Made by a program: the position numbers and the translations under genes | In this document: piece after piece, positions 1-13,707 of the stretch | How positions within the stretch are numbered: the first letter of the stretch is position 1 | Layout: each line of letters starts with the position of its first letter | From: Mobula hypostoma | Taxonomy: Eukaryota | Direction of reading: 5' to 3' | Length of the DNA: 64,000 nucleotides | NCBI RefSeq assembly: GCF_963921235.1 | Contig: NC_086098.1 | Coordinates: forward strand, 3,968,001-4,032,000 | Notes under the pieces: model-generated | The model's input: the letters and a program-made list of their open reading frames with translations, nothing else | The model's database searches: none | Told to the model about the DNA's origin: nothing

Positions 1-255
1 ATTGAATGCAACTTGGTGTCAGAAGTGGCTGATCGTCAATGAATTTGTGCTAGAGACCAAGTGAGATCCCTGACAAGAAAGGATTTATCAGAATCAGATT
101 TATTATCACCAGCATGTGACGTGAAATGTGTTAACTTAACAGCAGCAGTTCAATGCAATACCATAATCAAAAAAATTTAAAAAAAATAATAAATAAACAA
201 GCAAATCAATTACAGTATACGTATATTGAATAGATTAAAAAATGTGCAAAAAAAC

Positions 256-2865
256 CTTTAACTCTCTGAGGCAGAGCGCTCTGCCCATAGTAAGGGCCTT
301 ACCTTTGTTCCCCTTCGCCCACATCTCAGCGAGTTCTGCGTGCGCCATGACGCTGAACTCTTCTTCCACCAGCTCCATCTTCGAGCCTACTTCTTCGGCA
401 AGGACTCTCCCACCCCCACCGATGACCCCTTCTCCTGTCTTCAACCCGCCTCCTCTTCATGGACACCCCGCTCTGGTCTTCTGCCTGCTCTGGATCTCTT
501 TTTTGCTAACTGCCGATGGGACATCAACCATCTCGACTTCACCACACCTTGTTCCAATTCCAACTCCTTCCGAACGCTCTGCTCTCCACTCCTTCCGCAC
601 CAATCCTAACCTTACTATAAAACCCGCTGATAAGGGAGGCGCTGTTGTTGTCTGGCGAACTGACCTCTACCTTGCCGAGGCACAGCAACAATTCGCTGAT
701 ACCTCCTCCCATTTACCCCTTGATCTTGATCCCACCAAGGAGCACCAGGCCATTGTCTCCCACACCATCACCAAACTTATCAGCTCTGGGGATTTCCCAT
801 CTACAGCCACCAATCTCATTGTTCCCACACCCCGCACTTCCTGTTTCTACCTCCTACCTAAGATCCACAAACCTGCCTGTCCAGGTAGACCTATTGTCTC
901 AGCTTGCTCCTGCCCCACCGAACTCGTTTCTGCATACCTCGACACGGTTTTATCCCCCCTTGTTCAATCCCTTCCTGCCTATGTTCATGACACATCTCAC
1001 GCTCTGGATTTTTTCAATGATTTTAAGTTCCCTGGCCCCCACCGCCTTATTTTCACCATGGATGTCCAGTCCCTATATACCTTCATCCCCCACCAGGAAG
1101 GTCTCAAAGCTCTCCACTTCTTTTTGGACCCCAGCTAACCAGTTCCCCTCTACCACCACTCTCCTCCGTCTAGCGGAATTAGTCCTTACTCTTAATAATT
1201 TCTCCTTTGGCTCCTTTCACTTCCTCCAAACTAAAGGTGTAGCCATGGGCACCTGTATTGGTCCTAGCTATGCCTGCCTTTTTGTTGGCTTTGTGGAACA
1301 ATCCATGTTCCGAACCTATTCTGGTATCTATCCCCCACTTTTCCTTCGCTACATTAACGACTGCATTGGCGCTGCTTCCTGCACACATGCTGAGCTTGTT
1401 GACTTCATTAACTTTGCCTCCAACTTTCACCCTTCCCTCAAGTTTACCTGGTCCATTTCCAACACCTCCCTCCCCTTTCTTGATCTTTCAGTCTCTATCT
1501 CTGGAGACAGATTATCTACTGATGTCTACTATAAGCCTGCGGACTCTCACAGCTACCTGGACTATTCCTCTTCCCACCCTGTCTCTTGCAAAAATGCCAT
1601 CCCCTTCTCGCAATTCCTCCATCTCCGCCACATCTGTTCTCAGGATGAGGATTTTCATTCCAGGACGAGGGAGATGTCCTCCTTTTTTAAAGAAAGGGGC
1701 TTCCCTTGCTCCACCATCAACTCTGCTGTCAAACGCATCTCCCCCATTTCACACACATCTGCTCTCACTCCATCCTCCCGCCACCCCACTAGGAATAGGG
1801 TTCCCCTTGTCCTCACCTACCACCCCACCAGCCTCCGGGTCCAACATATTATTCTCTGTAACTTCCGCCACCTCCAACGGGATCCCACCACTAAGCACAT
1901 CTTTCCCTCACCCCCTCTCTCTGCTTTCCGCAGGGATCGCTCCCTACGCGACTCCCTTGTCCATTCGTCCCCCCCCGTCCCTCCCCACTGATCTCCCTCC
2001 CAGCACTTATCCTTGTAAGCGGAACAAATGCTACACATGCTCTTACACTTCCTCCCTCACCACCATTCAGGGCCCCAGACAGTCCTTCCAGGTGAGGCGA
2101 CACTTCACCTGTGAGTCGGCTGGGGTGATATACTGCGTCCGGTGCTCCCGGTGCAGCCTTATATATATTGGCAAGACCCGACGCAGACTGGGAGATTGGT
2201 TCACTGAACACCTACGCTCTGTCCACCAGAGAAAGCAGGATCTCCCAGTGGCCACACATTTTAATTCCACGTCCCATTCGCATTCTGACATGTCTATCCA
2301 CGGCCTCCTCTACTGTAAAGATGAAGCCAGACTCAGGTTGGAGGAACAACACCTTATATTCCACCTGGGCAGCCTCCAACCTGATGGCATGAACATCGAC
2401 TTCTCTAACTTCCGTTAATGCCCCACCTCCCCCTCATACCCCATCCGTTATTTATTCCTTCCTTCCTTCCTTCCTTCTTTTTTTCTCTCTCTTTCTGCCC
2501 CTCTCACAATAACTCCTTGCCTGCTCTCCATCTTTCTCTGGTGCTCCCCTTGTCCTTTCTTTCTCCCTAGGCCTCCCGTCCCATGATCCTCTCCCTTCTC
2601 TAGTCTTGTATCTTTTTTGCCAATCAACTGTCCAGCTCTTGGCTCCATCTCTCCCCCTCCTGTCTTCTCCTATCATTTTGGGTCTCCCCCTCCCCTCCCA
2701 CTTTCAAATCTCTTACCATCTCTTATTTCAGTTAGACCTGACGAAGGGTCTCGGCCTGAAACGTCGACTGTGCTTCTTCCTATAGATGCTGCCTGGCCTG
2801 CTGCGTTCCACCAGCATTTTGTGTGTGTTGCTTGAATTTCCAGCATCTGCAGATTTCCTCGTTTT
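256..2865 (+). mobile_element. Penelope-like element (Neptune type), RT + GIY-YIG endonuclease, frameshifted
   Basis: Consecutive frames give the IKPADKGG motif, RT motifs FTMDVQSLYT, QTKGVAMGT and LRYIND (YIDD mutated), a Cys cluster CKRNKCYTC, and GIY-YIG VIYCVRCSRCSLIYIGKT..R..EH. Stop at 2418. Flanked by an 11-bp duplication TGCAAAAAAAC (245-255 / 2866-2876). Confidence 0.92.
2730..2769 (+). ncRNA. Minimal hammerhead ribozyme motif in the Penelope 3' end
   Basis: CTGACGA (2738-2744), stem II GGGT-ctcg-GCCT, GAAAC, then GTC with predicted cleavage after 2765. Stem III is the short palindrome ACGT. Stem I carries one mismatch (AGAC vs GACT). Confidence 0.75.
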
Positions 2866-4179
2866 TGCAAAAAAACAGAAATACTTTATATCAAAAGGAA
2901 GTGAAGTAGTGTCCAAAGCTTCAATGTCCATTTAGGAATTGGATGGCAGAGGGGAAGAAGCTGTTCCTGAATCACTGAGTGTGTGCCTTCAGGCTCCTGT
3001 ACCTCCTACCTGATGGTAACAGTGAGAAAAGGGCATGCCCTGGGTGCTGGAGGTCCTTAATAATGGACACTGCCTTTCTAAGACGCCGCTCCCTGAAGAT
3101 GTCCTGGGTACTTTGTAGGCTAGTAGCCAAGATGGAGCTGACTAGATTTACAACCTTCTGCAGCTTCTTTCAGTCCTGTGCAGTAGCCCCTCCATACCAG
3201 ACAGTGATGCAGCCTGTCAGAATGCTCTCCATGGTGCAACTATGGAAGTTTTTGAGAGTATTTTTTGACATGCCCAATCTCTTCAAACTCCTCATAAAGT
3301 ATGGCTGCTGTCTTGCCTTCTTTATAACTGCATCGATATGTTGGGACCAGGTTAGATCCTCAGAGATCTTGACACCCAGGAACTTGAAACTGCTCACTCT
3401 CTCCACTTCTGATTCCTCTATGAGGATTGGAATGTGTTCCTTCGTCTTACCCTTCCTGAAGTCCACAATCAGCTCTTTCATCTTACTGACGGTGAGTGCC
3501 AGGTTGTTGCTGTGGCACCATTTCACTAGTTGGCATATCTCACTCCTGTCTGCCCTCTGGTCGCCACCTGAGATTCTACCAACAATGGTTGTATCATCAG
3601 CAAATTTGTAGATGGTATTTGAGCTACACCTAGCCACACAGTCATGTGTATATGGAGAGTAGAGCAGTGGGCTAAACACACACCTCTGAGATGCGCCAGT
3701 GAAGAGAATATGTTATCACCAATCCGCACGGATTGTGGTCTTCCAGTTAGGAAGTCGAGGATCCAATTACTGAGGGAGGTACAGAGGCCCAGGATCTGCA
3801 ACTTCTCAATCAGGATTGTGGGAATGATTTGTATTAAATGCTGAGCTAGTGGAAATGATTAGTATTAAATGCTGAGCTATAACAGTCTTACAGTAAGACT
3901 GTTCTTGTTCACATATATCCATGAAAAATATTAAGAACCGATCTGCCTGTGTAAGTTGCTAACAGTATTCACCATGAGGCTGAGATGAGAAAGGGCCAAG
4001 GTTGTGAGGCAATGCCTTCTAGTTACACGCAAAAGTGGATATATTGTAATAATCTGTGGGCCACTAGCCTGGGAAAGTGCAGAGACACAGACACAACCTG
4101 AGAAGTCAGTGAAACTCTCCGGGAGAATAAAGAAGACTTTTGCAGTACAAATAAATCAAATACTAAACAAACAAACAGA

Positions 4180-5300
4180 AAAATGGAGCAAATACGTGCA
4201 GTACCTACATCTACTTTCACAATAAAGCCCAACGAGACATTTGATTTTTCTAAACCAGGGACTTTGAGCGATGGCTCAGATGCTTTGAGTGATTTAGGGT
4301 TGCAAGCAATCTCACTCAGACTTCAGAACATCAAGTAAGCACACTGATATACTGCATGGGTGACAAAGCAGATGACATCATGGGTGGATTAGAACTGACA
4401 GATGCTCAGAAAAAGGAATACAAAACTGTACAGGATATGCCCTTATATATGAGAGGACAAAATTAAACTCCAGAAAACAGGAGTCAGCGGAAAAAGTAAA
4501 TGACTTCATCACAGCATTGTATGCCCTGTCAGACAACTGTGGATATGGAATTCTGAGAGATGAGCTCATTAGAGACAGGATTGTTGTTGGGCTACTAGAC
4601 ACCAAATTGTCAGAGAGACTTCAGTTGCAGGTAAATCTGACACCAGAGAAAGCTATTATGGTTCCATTACAAAATGAGGCAGTGATGTCAAACATGGACA
4701 CTGGGACAGATGTCATACCCATCCCTGAATGTCTGTTCATAAAACTGGTGAAGAAAGTAGTCATTACACTGACTTTGGCAACAAAGAAAGTGGGGCTAGG
4801 GAAACATAGGTTCAGTGTAAAGGGAATGTTTGCTCCTGCAGAAATGAGGAACAGTTAAAAGCGGATGTCTGTGTCATTCAGGATCTCTTCTCATCACTAC
4901 TGGGATGATGATGACAGGCCACCGAGAAGCTGAACCTCATTGCAAGGTTGGATTCGCTAAACTGTGTTCGGTGGCAGAAATACCCAGAGTTGTTCACAGA
5001 CCTGGAAGTACTGAAAGGAGAGTACCTTATCCAACTGAGGCCAGGAGTGATGCCCCACTCTCTGTACACACAACGTCATATGTGAGCAGAACATCACAAG
5101 GTGAAATCAAGTGGACAGGCATGCGCTTGTGCAGCTTCGAAGTCCGCAGAAGGTAGAGAAATAGAGTATCCTGATCCTTATGATGAGGACCAATTACCTG
5201 AGGTGGACTCACCTGTTCAAGAATCTCCATCTGCTCCAGCACTCCCAGGAACCTATACCAGGTTGTGGCGTTTATCTGTCCCACCACAGAGATCTATTTC
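4180..5300 (+). mobile_element. Highly degenerate Gypsy-type gag/protease relic
   Basis: ORF 4517-4858 LSDNCGYG.LRDELIRDRIVVGLLDTKLSERLQ is gag-like and is followed by a DTGTDV protease-like motif. Many stops and frameshifts; no LTRs recognised. Confidence 0.6.
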
Positions 5301-6389
5301 ATTGTCTAATAGCTTAGGGCAAGTGACTAAAGAGACAGAATACAGTAATCATCTCATTTTGCTGGAGTGTTCGAGTCAGCCTTGACCTCCAGTAGAATTG
5401 GTGATTTTGAAAGAGTTCAAATGTTGAAAATATTTCACAAAGTGAGACTATTCTTAAAAATTAAGGAAAATGTTATAATGTTGGTAATTCTTCTTTATGT
5501 TTATGTAAAGAGCATAAGTTTATCCTTTATCGTTTTGCATATGAAGTTCCACAGTTTAGGAGCGTCATTCAAAAAAGCTGACCTGTCAATTATCTTTTGA
5601 GGGAGATTGTTTAAATTTAAGAGATCAGCAGAAAATGACCTGAGAGCTTGAGCAGGATGATAAAACAAAAGAGATTCTGTTATAAATTTTCTTATTTGGA
5701 TTTATTTATCAAACGTACTTAGAAACAGACAGTGAAATGGGTCATAAACACAAGAGATTCTGCAGATGTTGGAAATCCTGAGGTAAGGTCTCAACCCAAA
5801 GCATTGACTCTTTATTCCTCTCCATAGATGCTGCCTGACCTGCTGTGTGCCTCCAGCATTTTGTGAAATGTGTGTTTTTGCAATACCAACCAACACACCG
5901 ATAATGTGCTGGGGCAGCCCACAAGTGTTGCCACACATTCAGGCACCAACATAGCATGCCCACAGTGTTCAGCAGAACAACACAAGCAACAACGACAACA
6001 ACAGCAAAACTAGCCCCATTTCTCCCTCCCTATGCGCATACACAGTCATCTAACCTTCCGGCGGGCCATCTTCAGCCTTCAGCCTGCAGCCTTGCAGACA
6101 CTCAGGCCTGACTTCCCAAGCAGACTCGCAGACATTCGCTGAAATTTCTCAGAAGGCAGCCAGGGCCTAATGAGGGTCTGTGAGTCCTAGGATCTAACCC
6201 CAGGATACTCACCACTTCACAAGTGTGTGGATCAAATGCAATTGTGCTTGGATCCAGTTTATTACACACAACCCTTGGAACTTATATAGCGACCTTTGTG
6301 TGGTACCTATTTGATCTTAGGACTGAACAGCACAATACAGGCACTCTAGCCCATGATATTGTACCCACCTTTTAACCTTAATGTTTGAT

Positions 6390-6870
6390 AATACATTAGG
6401 GAAGTTATGTTGCACCTTTACGGAGCTCTAGTTAGGCCATATCTGGAGTATTGCAGATAGTACTGGTCACCTTACTGTAGGAAGGATGTTGAGGCTTTGG
6501 AGAAGGTGCAGTGGAGGTTTACCAAGATGCTGCCTGGATTAGGGGGCATGTGCTATCGGAAGAGGTTAGACAAACTTGGGGTTGTTTTCTCTAGAGCGCT
6601 GGAAGCTGAGAGGAGATCTGATAGAGGTTTATCAGTTTATGAGTGACATAGATAGAGTAGACAGACATTATCTTTTTCCCAGGGTTAATATGTCTAATAC
6701 CAGAGGGCACGCAATGAAGGTGAGAAGGAGATGTGAGGTGCGTGCTTTTTACACAGAATGGTGGGTGCCTTGAGCATACTGCCTAGGGTAGCTGTCGAGG
6801 CAGATGCGTTAGGGATTTTTAAGAGACGTTTAAATAGGCACATAAATTGAGGAAGATGGAATGATATGGA
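6390..6870 (+). mobile_element. CR1 LINE 3' fragment
   Basis: LGLFSLERWKLRGDLIEVY is the CR1 ORF2 C-terminal motif. Confidence 0.75.
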
Positions 6871-7289
6871 CAATTGACCATAAGTCCATAAGATATAGGA
6901 GTAGAACTAAGCCATTTGGCCCATCGAGTCTGCTCTGTCATTTCATCATGGATCCATTTCCCTCTCAACCCCAATCTCCTGCCTTTCCCTGTAACCATTG
7001 TGTAGGCAGAGGGGATTAGTTTTGTTGACCATTTGAACAACATAGAATAAGAATAACACAGCCCAGGAACAGGCCATTTGGTCTACAATGTTGTGCCAAA
7101 CCAGCTAAAAAGCAAACCAAGAACATCCAATCACTAATCCCTCCTACCAACATCATATCCATATCCCTCCATCTTCCTTACATTCAAGCACTTATCCCAA
7201 ATGTTTCTTAAAAGCCTCTAATGTATTTGCCTCTATGGCCATACAAGGCAGCACATTCCAGGCATCCACCTCTCTGAGTAAAAAACGTA

Positions 7290-10200
7290 CTAGAGAGGCA
7301 ACTGGATGACGTTAGGTTCATCCGGGAGCACGAGAGTTTTCTGGACAGGACCTACAGTGAGGTCGTTAACCCAGGATACAGGAAGAGAGTAGGAGGATGA
7401 CGATGAGCAAGGAAAGGATGCTTGAAGTACAGGAGACCCCGGGAGATGTGCCTCTCGTAAACAGGTTCTCCCTCTTGGAAGCTGTCGGGACAGAACACAG
7501 TGCCAGTCTGAGAGGTGGACGGGTCTGCGAGTCAACAATTGGCGCTGAGACAAAGCTGAGGAGACAGACGTCAGGCAGAGCCGTGGTTGTAGGGGACTCC
7601 ATAGTGAGAGGTACAGAAAAGGGTTTCCGTGGCAACAGGCGAGATTGAAGGATGGTGTGTTGCCTCCCTGGTGCCGGGATCCAGGATGTCACGGAGCTAT
7701 TGCAGGGAATCCTCAAGAGTGAAGGTGAACATCCGGAAGTGGTGGTGCATGTGGGCACAAATGACGTGGGGAAGACGAGGAAAGACATTCTACAGCGTGA
7801 CTTCAGAGAACTCGGAAGAAGGTTGAAAAGCAGGACTTCCAGGGTGGTTATCTCCGGTTTGCTTCCAGTCCCCCGTGCTGGAGTGGTCAAGAACAGGGAG
7901 ATAATGGATCTGAATGTGTGGCTGAGGAACTGGTGCAGGAATCAAGGATTTACATTCTTGGAGCACTGGGATATGTTTCAGGGTAAGGATGAATTGTACA
8001 AAAGGGACGGGTTGCACCTTAATAAGCGGGGCACCAGCATTCTGGCAGGCAGGTTTGCCTCTGCAACACGGGTGTGTTTAAACTAAGTAGTGGGGGTGGG
8101 GGGGGGAGGGGACGAACTGGAAACAGATAAAGGGAAACTGAGAATAAGAAAAGTTAAGAAAGACAGCAGAATCAACAGAGCAGAAAGCTCAAGAAGGGAT
8201 CGTACAGTATGGCCAAGTGAAATAGGAATGGATATGGGAGGTCAGGGGAGTAATGAATTAAAAGTATTCTATATGAATGCACGGAGTATAAGAAATAAAG
8301 TGGATGAGCTTGAGGCTCAGTTGGAAATTGGTAAGTATGATGTTGTGGGAATAACAGAGACATGGCTTCAAGTGGACAGGGCCTGGGAAATGAATATTCA
8401 AGGGTATACGTCCTATCGAAAGGACAGACTGATGGGCAGAGGGGGTGGGGTGGCTCTGTTGGTGAGGAATGATATTCAGTCCCTTGTGAGGGGGGACATA
8501 GAATCAGGAGACGTGGAGTCAGTATGGATAGAACTGAGAAATTCTAAGGATAGAAAGACCCTAATGGGAGTTGTCTACAAGCCCCCAAACAGTAGTCTGG
8601 ATGTAGGGTGTAAGTTGAATCAAGAGTTAAAATTGGCATGTCGCAAAGGTAATGCTACAGTTGTTATGGGGGACTTCAACATGCAGGTAGACTAGAGGAA
8701 TCAGGTTGGTCCCCAACCTGGACCCCAAGAAAGGGAATTTGTGGAGTCTCTCTGAGATGGATTCTTAGAACAGCTTGTACTGGAGCCTACCAGAGAGAAC
8801 ACAATTCTAGATTAGTGTTGTGCAATGAACCGGATTTGATCAGGGACCTCAAGGTAAAGGAGCCATTAGGAGGTAGTGACCATAATATGATAAGTTTTAA
8901 TCTACAATTTGAGAGGGAGAAGGGAAACTTGGAAGTGTCAGTATTACAGCTGAACAAAGGGAACTATGGTGCTATGAGGGAGGAGCTGGACAAAGTTCAA
9001 TGGAACATTACCCTAGCAGGGATGACAGTGGAACAGCAATGGCAAGTGTTTCTGGGAATAATGCGGAAGGTGCAGGATCAGTTCGTTCCAAAGAGGAAGA
9101 AAGATCCTAAGGGGAATAAAGGGAGGCTATGGCTGACAGGGGAAGTAATGGACAGTATAAAAATAAAATAGAAGAAGTATAACATAGCCAAGACAAGTGG
9201 GAAGCCGGAAGATTGGGAAACTTTTAAAGAGCAACAGAAGGTAACTAAAAAGGCAATACGCGAAGAAAAAATGAGGTACAAAGGTAAACTAGCCAAGAAT
9301 ATAAAGGAGGATAGTAAAAGCTTCTTTAGGTATGTGAAAAGGAAAAAAATAGTTAAGACCACAATTGGGCCCTTGAAGACAGAAGTGGGTGAATTTATTA
9401 TGGGGAACAAGGAAATGGCAAACGAGTTGAACAGGTACTTTGGATCTGTCTTCACTAGGGAAGACACAAACAATCTCCCAGATGTAATAGTAGCCAAAGG
9501 ACCTGGGGTAATGGATGAATTGAAGGAAATTTATATTAGGCAGGAAATGGTGTTGGATAGGTTGTTGAGTCTGAAGGCTAATAAGTCCCCGAGACCTGAT
9601 GGTCTGCATCCCAGGGTACTTAAGGAGGTGGCTTTAGAAATCGTGGACGCATTGGTAATCATTTTCCAATGTTCTACAGATTCAGGATCAGTTCCTGTGG
9701 ATTGGAGGGTGGCTAATGTTGTCCCTTTCTTCAAGAAGGGAGGAAGAGAGAAAACAGGGAATTATAGACCAGTTAGCCTGACGTCGGTGGTGGGAAAGAT
9801 GCTGGAGTCAATTATAAAAGATGAAATTACGACACATCTGGATAGCAATAACAGGATTGGTCCGAGTCAGCATGGATTAACGAAGGGGAAATCCTGCTTG
9901 CCTAATCTTCTGGAATTTCTTGAGGATGTAACTATGAAAATGGACAAGGGAGAGCCAGTGGATGTAGTGTACCTGAACTTTCAGAAAGCCTTGATAAAGT
10001 CCCACACAGGAGATTAGTGGGCAAAATTAGGGCACTTGGTATTGGGGGCAGAATACTGACATGGATTGAAAATTGGCTGGCTGACAGAAAACAAAGAGTA
10101 GCGATTAACGGGTCCCTTTCGGAATGGCAGGCGGTGACCAGTGGGGTACCGCAGGGTTCAGTGCTGGGACCGCAGCTGTTTACAATATATACTAATAATT

Positions 10201-11540
10201 TAGATGAGGGAATTAAAAGTAATATTAGCAAATTTGCCGATGACACAAAGCTGGCTGGCAGTGTGAGATGTGAGGAGGATGTTATGAGAATGCAGGGTGA
10301 CTTGGACAGGCTGGGTGAGTGGGCAGATGCATGGCAGATGCAGTTTAATGTGGATAAATGTGAGGTTATCCACTTTGGTGGTAAGAACGGGAAGGCCGAT
10401 TATTATCTAAATGGAGTCAAGTTAGGAAAAGGGGAAGCACAACGAGATCTAAATGTTCTTGTACATCAGTCACTGAAGGCAAGCATGCAAGTACAGCAGG
10501 CAGTGAAGCAAGCTAACAGCATGCTGGCCTTCATAACAAGGGGAATTGAGTATAAGAGCAAAGAGGTCCTGCAGCTGTACAAGGCCCTGGTGAGACCACA
10601 CCTGGAGTACTGTGTGCAGTTTTGGTCTCCAAATTTGAGGAAGGACATTCTTGCTATTGAGGGAGTGCAGCGTAGGTTAAAAAAAAATCACGAGAAGTAG
10701 AGGTCCCAGAACAGATCCTTGTGGGACACCACTAGTCACAATCCTCCGATCTGAATGTACTCCCTCCACCACCACTGTCTGCCTTCTGCAGGCAAGCCAA
10801 TTCTGAATCCACCTGGCCAAACTTCCCTGGATCCCATGCCTTCTAACTTTCTGAATAAGCCTACTGTGTGGAACCTTGTCAAATGCCTTACTAAAATCCA
10901 TATAGATCACATCCACTGCACTACCCTCATCTATATGCCTGGTCACCTCCTCAAAGAACTCTATCAGGCTTGTTAGACACGGCCTGCCCTTCACAAAGCC
11001 ATGCTGAATGTCCCTGATCAGACCATGATTCTCTAAATGCCTATAGATCCTATCTCTAAGAATCACAAGGTTAATTCCCGGGATGGCAGGACTGTCATAT
11101 GTCGAAAGATTGGAGCGACTGGGCTTGTATACTCTGGAATTTAGAAGGCTGAGAGGGGATCTTATTGAAACATATAAGATTATTAAGGGATTGGACACGC
11201 TGGAGGCAGGAAACATGTTGCCGCTGATGGATGAGTCCAGAACCAGAGGCCACAGTTTAAGAATTAGGGGTAGGCCATTTAGAACGGAGTTGAGGAAAAA
11301 TTTTTTCACCCAGAGAGTGGTGGATATATAGAATGCTCTGCCCCAGAAGGCTGTGGAGGCCAAGTCTCTGGATGCTTTCAAGAAAGAGATGGCTAGAGCT
11401 CTTAAAGATAGCGGAATCAAAGGCTATGGTGATAAGGCAGGAACTGGATACTGATTATGGATGATCAGCCATGATCACAGTGAATGGCGGTGCTGGCTCG
11501 AAGGGCCGAATGGCCTACTCCTGCACCTATTGTCTATTGT
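7290..11540 (+). mobile_element. Near-full-length CR1 LINE (ORF1 SGNH esterase, ORF2 APE endonuclease + RT), decayed
   Basis: ORF1 has VVVGDSIVRG and DGLHLN. The endonuclease has YMNARSI, GITETW and MGDFN. The RT has NYRPVSLTS, SGVPQGSVLGP and KFADDTK. The 3' tail is CTATTGTCTATTGT. Several stops and frameshifts. Confidence 0.92.
10679..11062 (-). mobile_element. Internal RT fragment of another CR1 family inserted in reverse into the CR1 above
   Basis: Reads ILRDRIYRHLE...VPQGSVLGPLLLVIF on the - strand. The host frame resumes on both sides (...CGTAGGTT | CACAAGGTTAATTCCC). Confidence 0.8.
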
Positions 11541-12074
11541 ACTCCTCTAATCACCCTTGAACCTACCCCATCTCATCTTTAATTCATGCCCATAGGAAGT
11601 CATTCCTGCCTGTGGCCATCAAACTTTACAACTCCTCCCTTGGAGGGTCAGACACCCTGAGCCAATAGGCTGGTCCTGGATTTATTTCATAATTTACTGG
11701 CATAATTTACATATTGCTATTTAACTATTTATGGTTCTATTACTATTTATTATTTATGGTGCAACTGTAACAAAAAACAATTTCCCCTGGGATCAATAAA
11801 GTATGATTATGACTATGACTATGAGACACTTCAACCCTGGGAAACAGATACTCCCTGTCTACTCATAATCTTATAAACCTCTATCGGATCTCCCCTCAGC
11901 CTCCGGCGCACAAGAGAAAATAACCTAAGTTTATCCAGCCTCTCATGATAGCACATGATGATTAAACCATGCAGCATCGTGGTAAACCAGTCACAAACAA
12001 GAGAAAATCTGCAGATGCTGGGAACCCAAGCAACACACACAAAATGCTGGAGAAACTCAACAAGTCAGGCAGCT

Positions 12075-13338
12075 AGTTAGGCAATATTCCAGATGTGGCC
12101 TAATCAGTTTTATAAAGCATTTCCTCTTGACTTTAGAATTCAGTGCCTCGACTAATAAAAGTAAGTATTCCATCAGCTTTCTTCACCACCTTATCGACCT
12201 GTGTAGCCACTTTCAAGGAGCTGTGAATCTGCCATTGGTTAAACTCTATCTGCCATTTTTCAGCCCATATCTGCAAATGATCTATATTGCTCTGTTTTCT
12301 TTGCCAGTCTTAGACGCTATCCACATCTCCACCCATCTTGGTATCATCTGCAAACTTATGAACCCACCCATCTACATTTTCATCCAGGTCAGTTTATGCA
12401 TATACATCACCAACACACATCACTGCAGAATATCACTAATTACAGACGTCTATCTCAAATAAGTCCCTTCTATGCGCAAGGCAGTTCTGAATCCAGTGAG
12501 GGACTTTGTCAAACACCTTACTAAAATCCATGTAGACAACATCCACTACCCTTCCCTCATCAATCTCTCTCGCCACCTTGTTAAAAAATACTCAGTCAAG
12601 TTGCTAAGGCACAACCTGCCGCGCAGAAAGTCATGCTGTCTCTCCCTAATTAGGTCTTGGGTTTCCAAATGGTCAGATATCCTATCCCTAAGAATGTTCA
12701 CCAACTGACGTGAAACTCACCGATCTGTAGTTCCCAAGATTTTCCCTTGTTCCCTTCTTAAATTGAGGTACAACACTAACCACTCGCCAATCCTCTGGGA
12801 CCTCACCTGTGGCTAGGGAGGACATAAAGATACTGGTCGCGGCCCCAACAATCTCGACTCTTGCCTCCTTCAATAACCTGCTGTACATCCCTTCAGGCCC
12901 TGGGGACTTATACACCTCAATATTCATTAGGAGGCCCAAAACTTCCACCTCCTTGACCTCTAAACACACTAGCATACTTATAAACTCAGTACTGATCGCC
13001 TGGTCCTCCATATCCTTTTCCTTTTAAATACTGAAGCAATGTACCTATTAAGTACCTCACTCACATTCTCCACATCCAAGCAAATATTCCCCACTTTATC
13101 CACCCTCTCCCTCGTTATCCTCTTGCTCTGAATGTATGTACAGAATGCCTTGGGATTCACCTTAATCCTACTTGCCAAGGGCTTTTCATGGCTGCTCCTG
13201 GCTTTGCTAATTCCCTTCTTTAGTTCTTTATGACTTCTTTATGCTCCTCATCTGCTTTGTTTGATCCTGACTTCCGAAGCTTTACATACTTTTCCTTTTT
13301 CTTCTTGACTAAATTCATCACCTCTCTGGGCATCCAAG
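12075..13338 (-). mobile_element. Degenerate CR1 ORF2 fragment
   Basis: RIKVNPKAF, KSPGPEGMYSRLLKEAR and NYRSVSFTS motifs on the - strand. Confidence 0.75.
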
Positions 13339-13497
13339 GTTTCGGCCCAAAACGTCAACTATTTCCATAGATGCTGCCTGGCCTGCTAAGTTCCTCCAGC
13401 ATCCGTGTGTGTGTGTTGCTTAGATTTCCAGCATCGTGTTCATGTCTATCCTGATTTCAACTCCTTTTGCCTCCTAAAGATTATAAACACTTAAGCT

Positions 13498-13707
13498 ACA
13501 CTCACAACACGCTGGAGGAACTCCGCAGGTCGGGTAGCATCCGTGGAAAAAATCAGTCGACGTTTCATGCCGGAACCGACGAAGGGTTCCGGCCCGAAAC
13601 GTCGACCGATCTTTTCCACGGATACTGCCCGACCTGCTGAGTTCCTCCAGCGTGTTGTGAGTGTTGCTTTGACCCCAGCATTTGCAGATTATTTTGTGTT
13701 TATGAAG
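13498..13707. mobile_element. Non-autonomous palindromic Penelope-end element with hammerhead-derived core
   Basis: About 80-bp inverted arms similar to 2745-2865, surrounding GACGAAGGGTTCCGGCCCGAAACGTC. Flanked by a CACTTAAGCT duplication (13488-13497 / 13708-13717). Confidence 0.8.

Larger units (their letters stand above)
88..3850 (-). mobile_element. Rex1/Babar-type non-LTR retrotransposon 3' fragment, split by the Penelope insertion at 256-2865
   Basis: ORF 3170-3679(-) reads [12 protein letters not shown]...[10 protein letters not shown]...KELIVDFRK...FKFLGV, an RT C-terminus of this clade. The AT-rich 3' tail resumes at 88-244 on the other side of the insertion. Confidence 0.75.

Noticed and set aside
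1136..1138. Programmed recoding (selenocysteine or frameshift) in the Penelope ORF
   Set aside because: The stop is TAA after an apparent small deletion. Other frameshifts and a mutated YIDD motif indicate ordinary decay.
2979..3611. 210-aa plus-strand ORF and similar long antisense ORFs (e.g. 46587-46991, 58886-59290)
   Set aside because: These are shadow frames opposite LINE RT coding sequence.
10677..11420. 247-aa minus-strand ORF as a novel gene
   Set aside because: It is a chance fusion of antisense host CR1 sequence with the inserted RT fragment.
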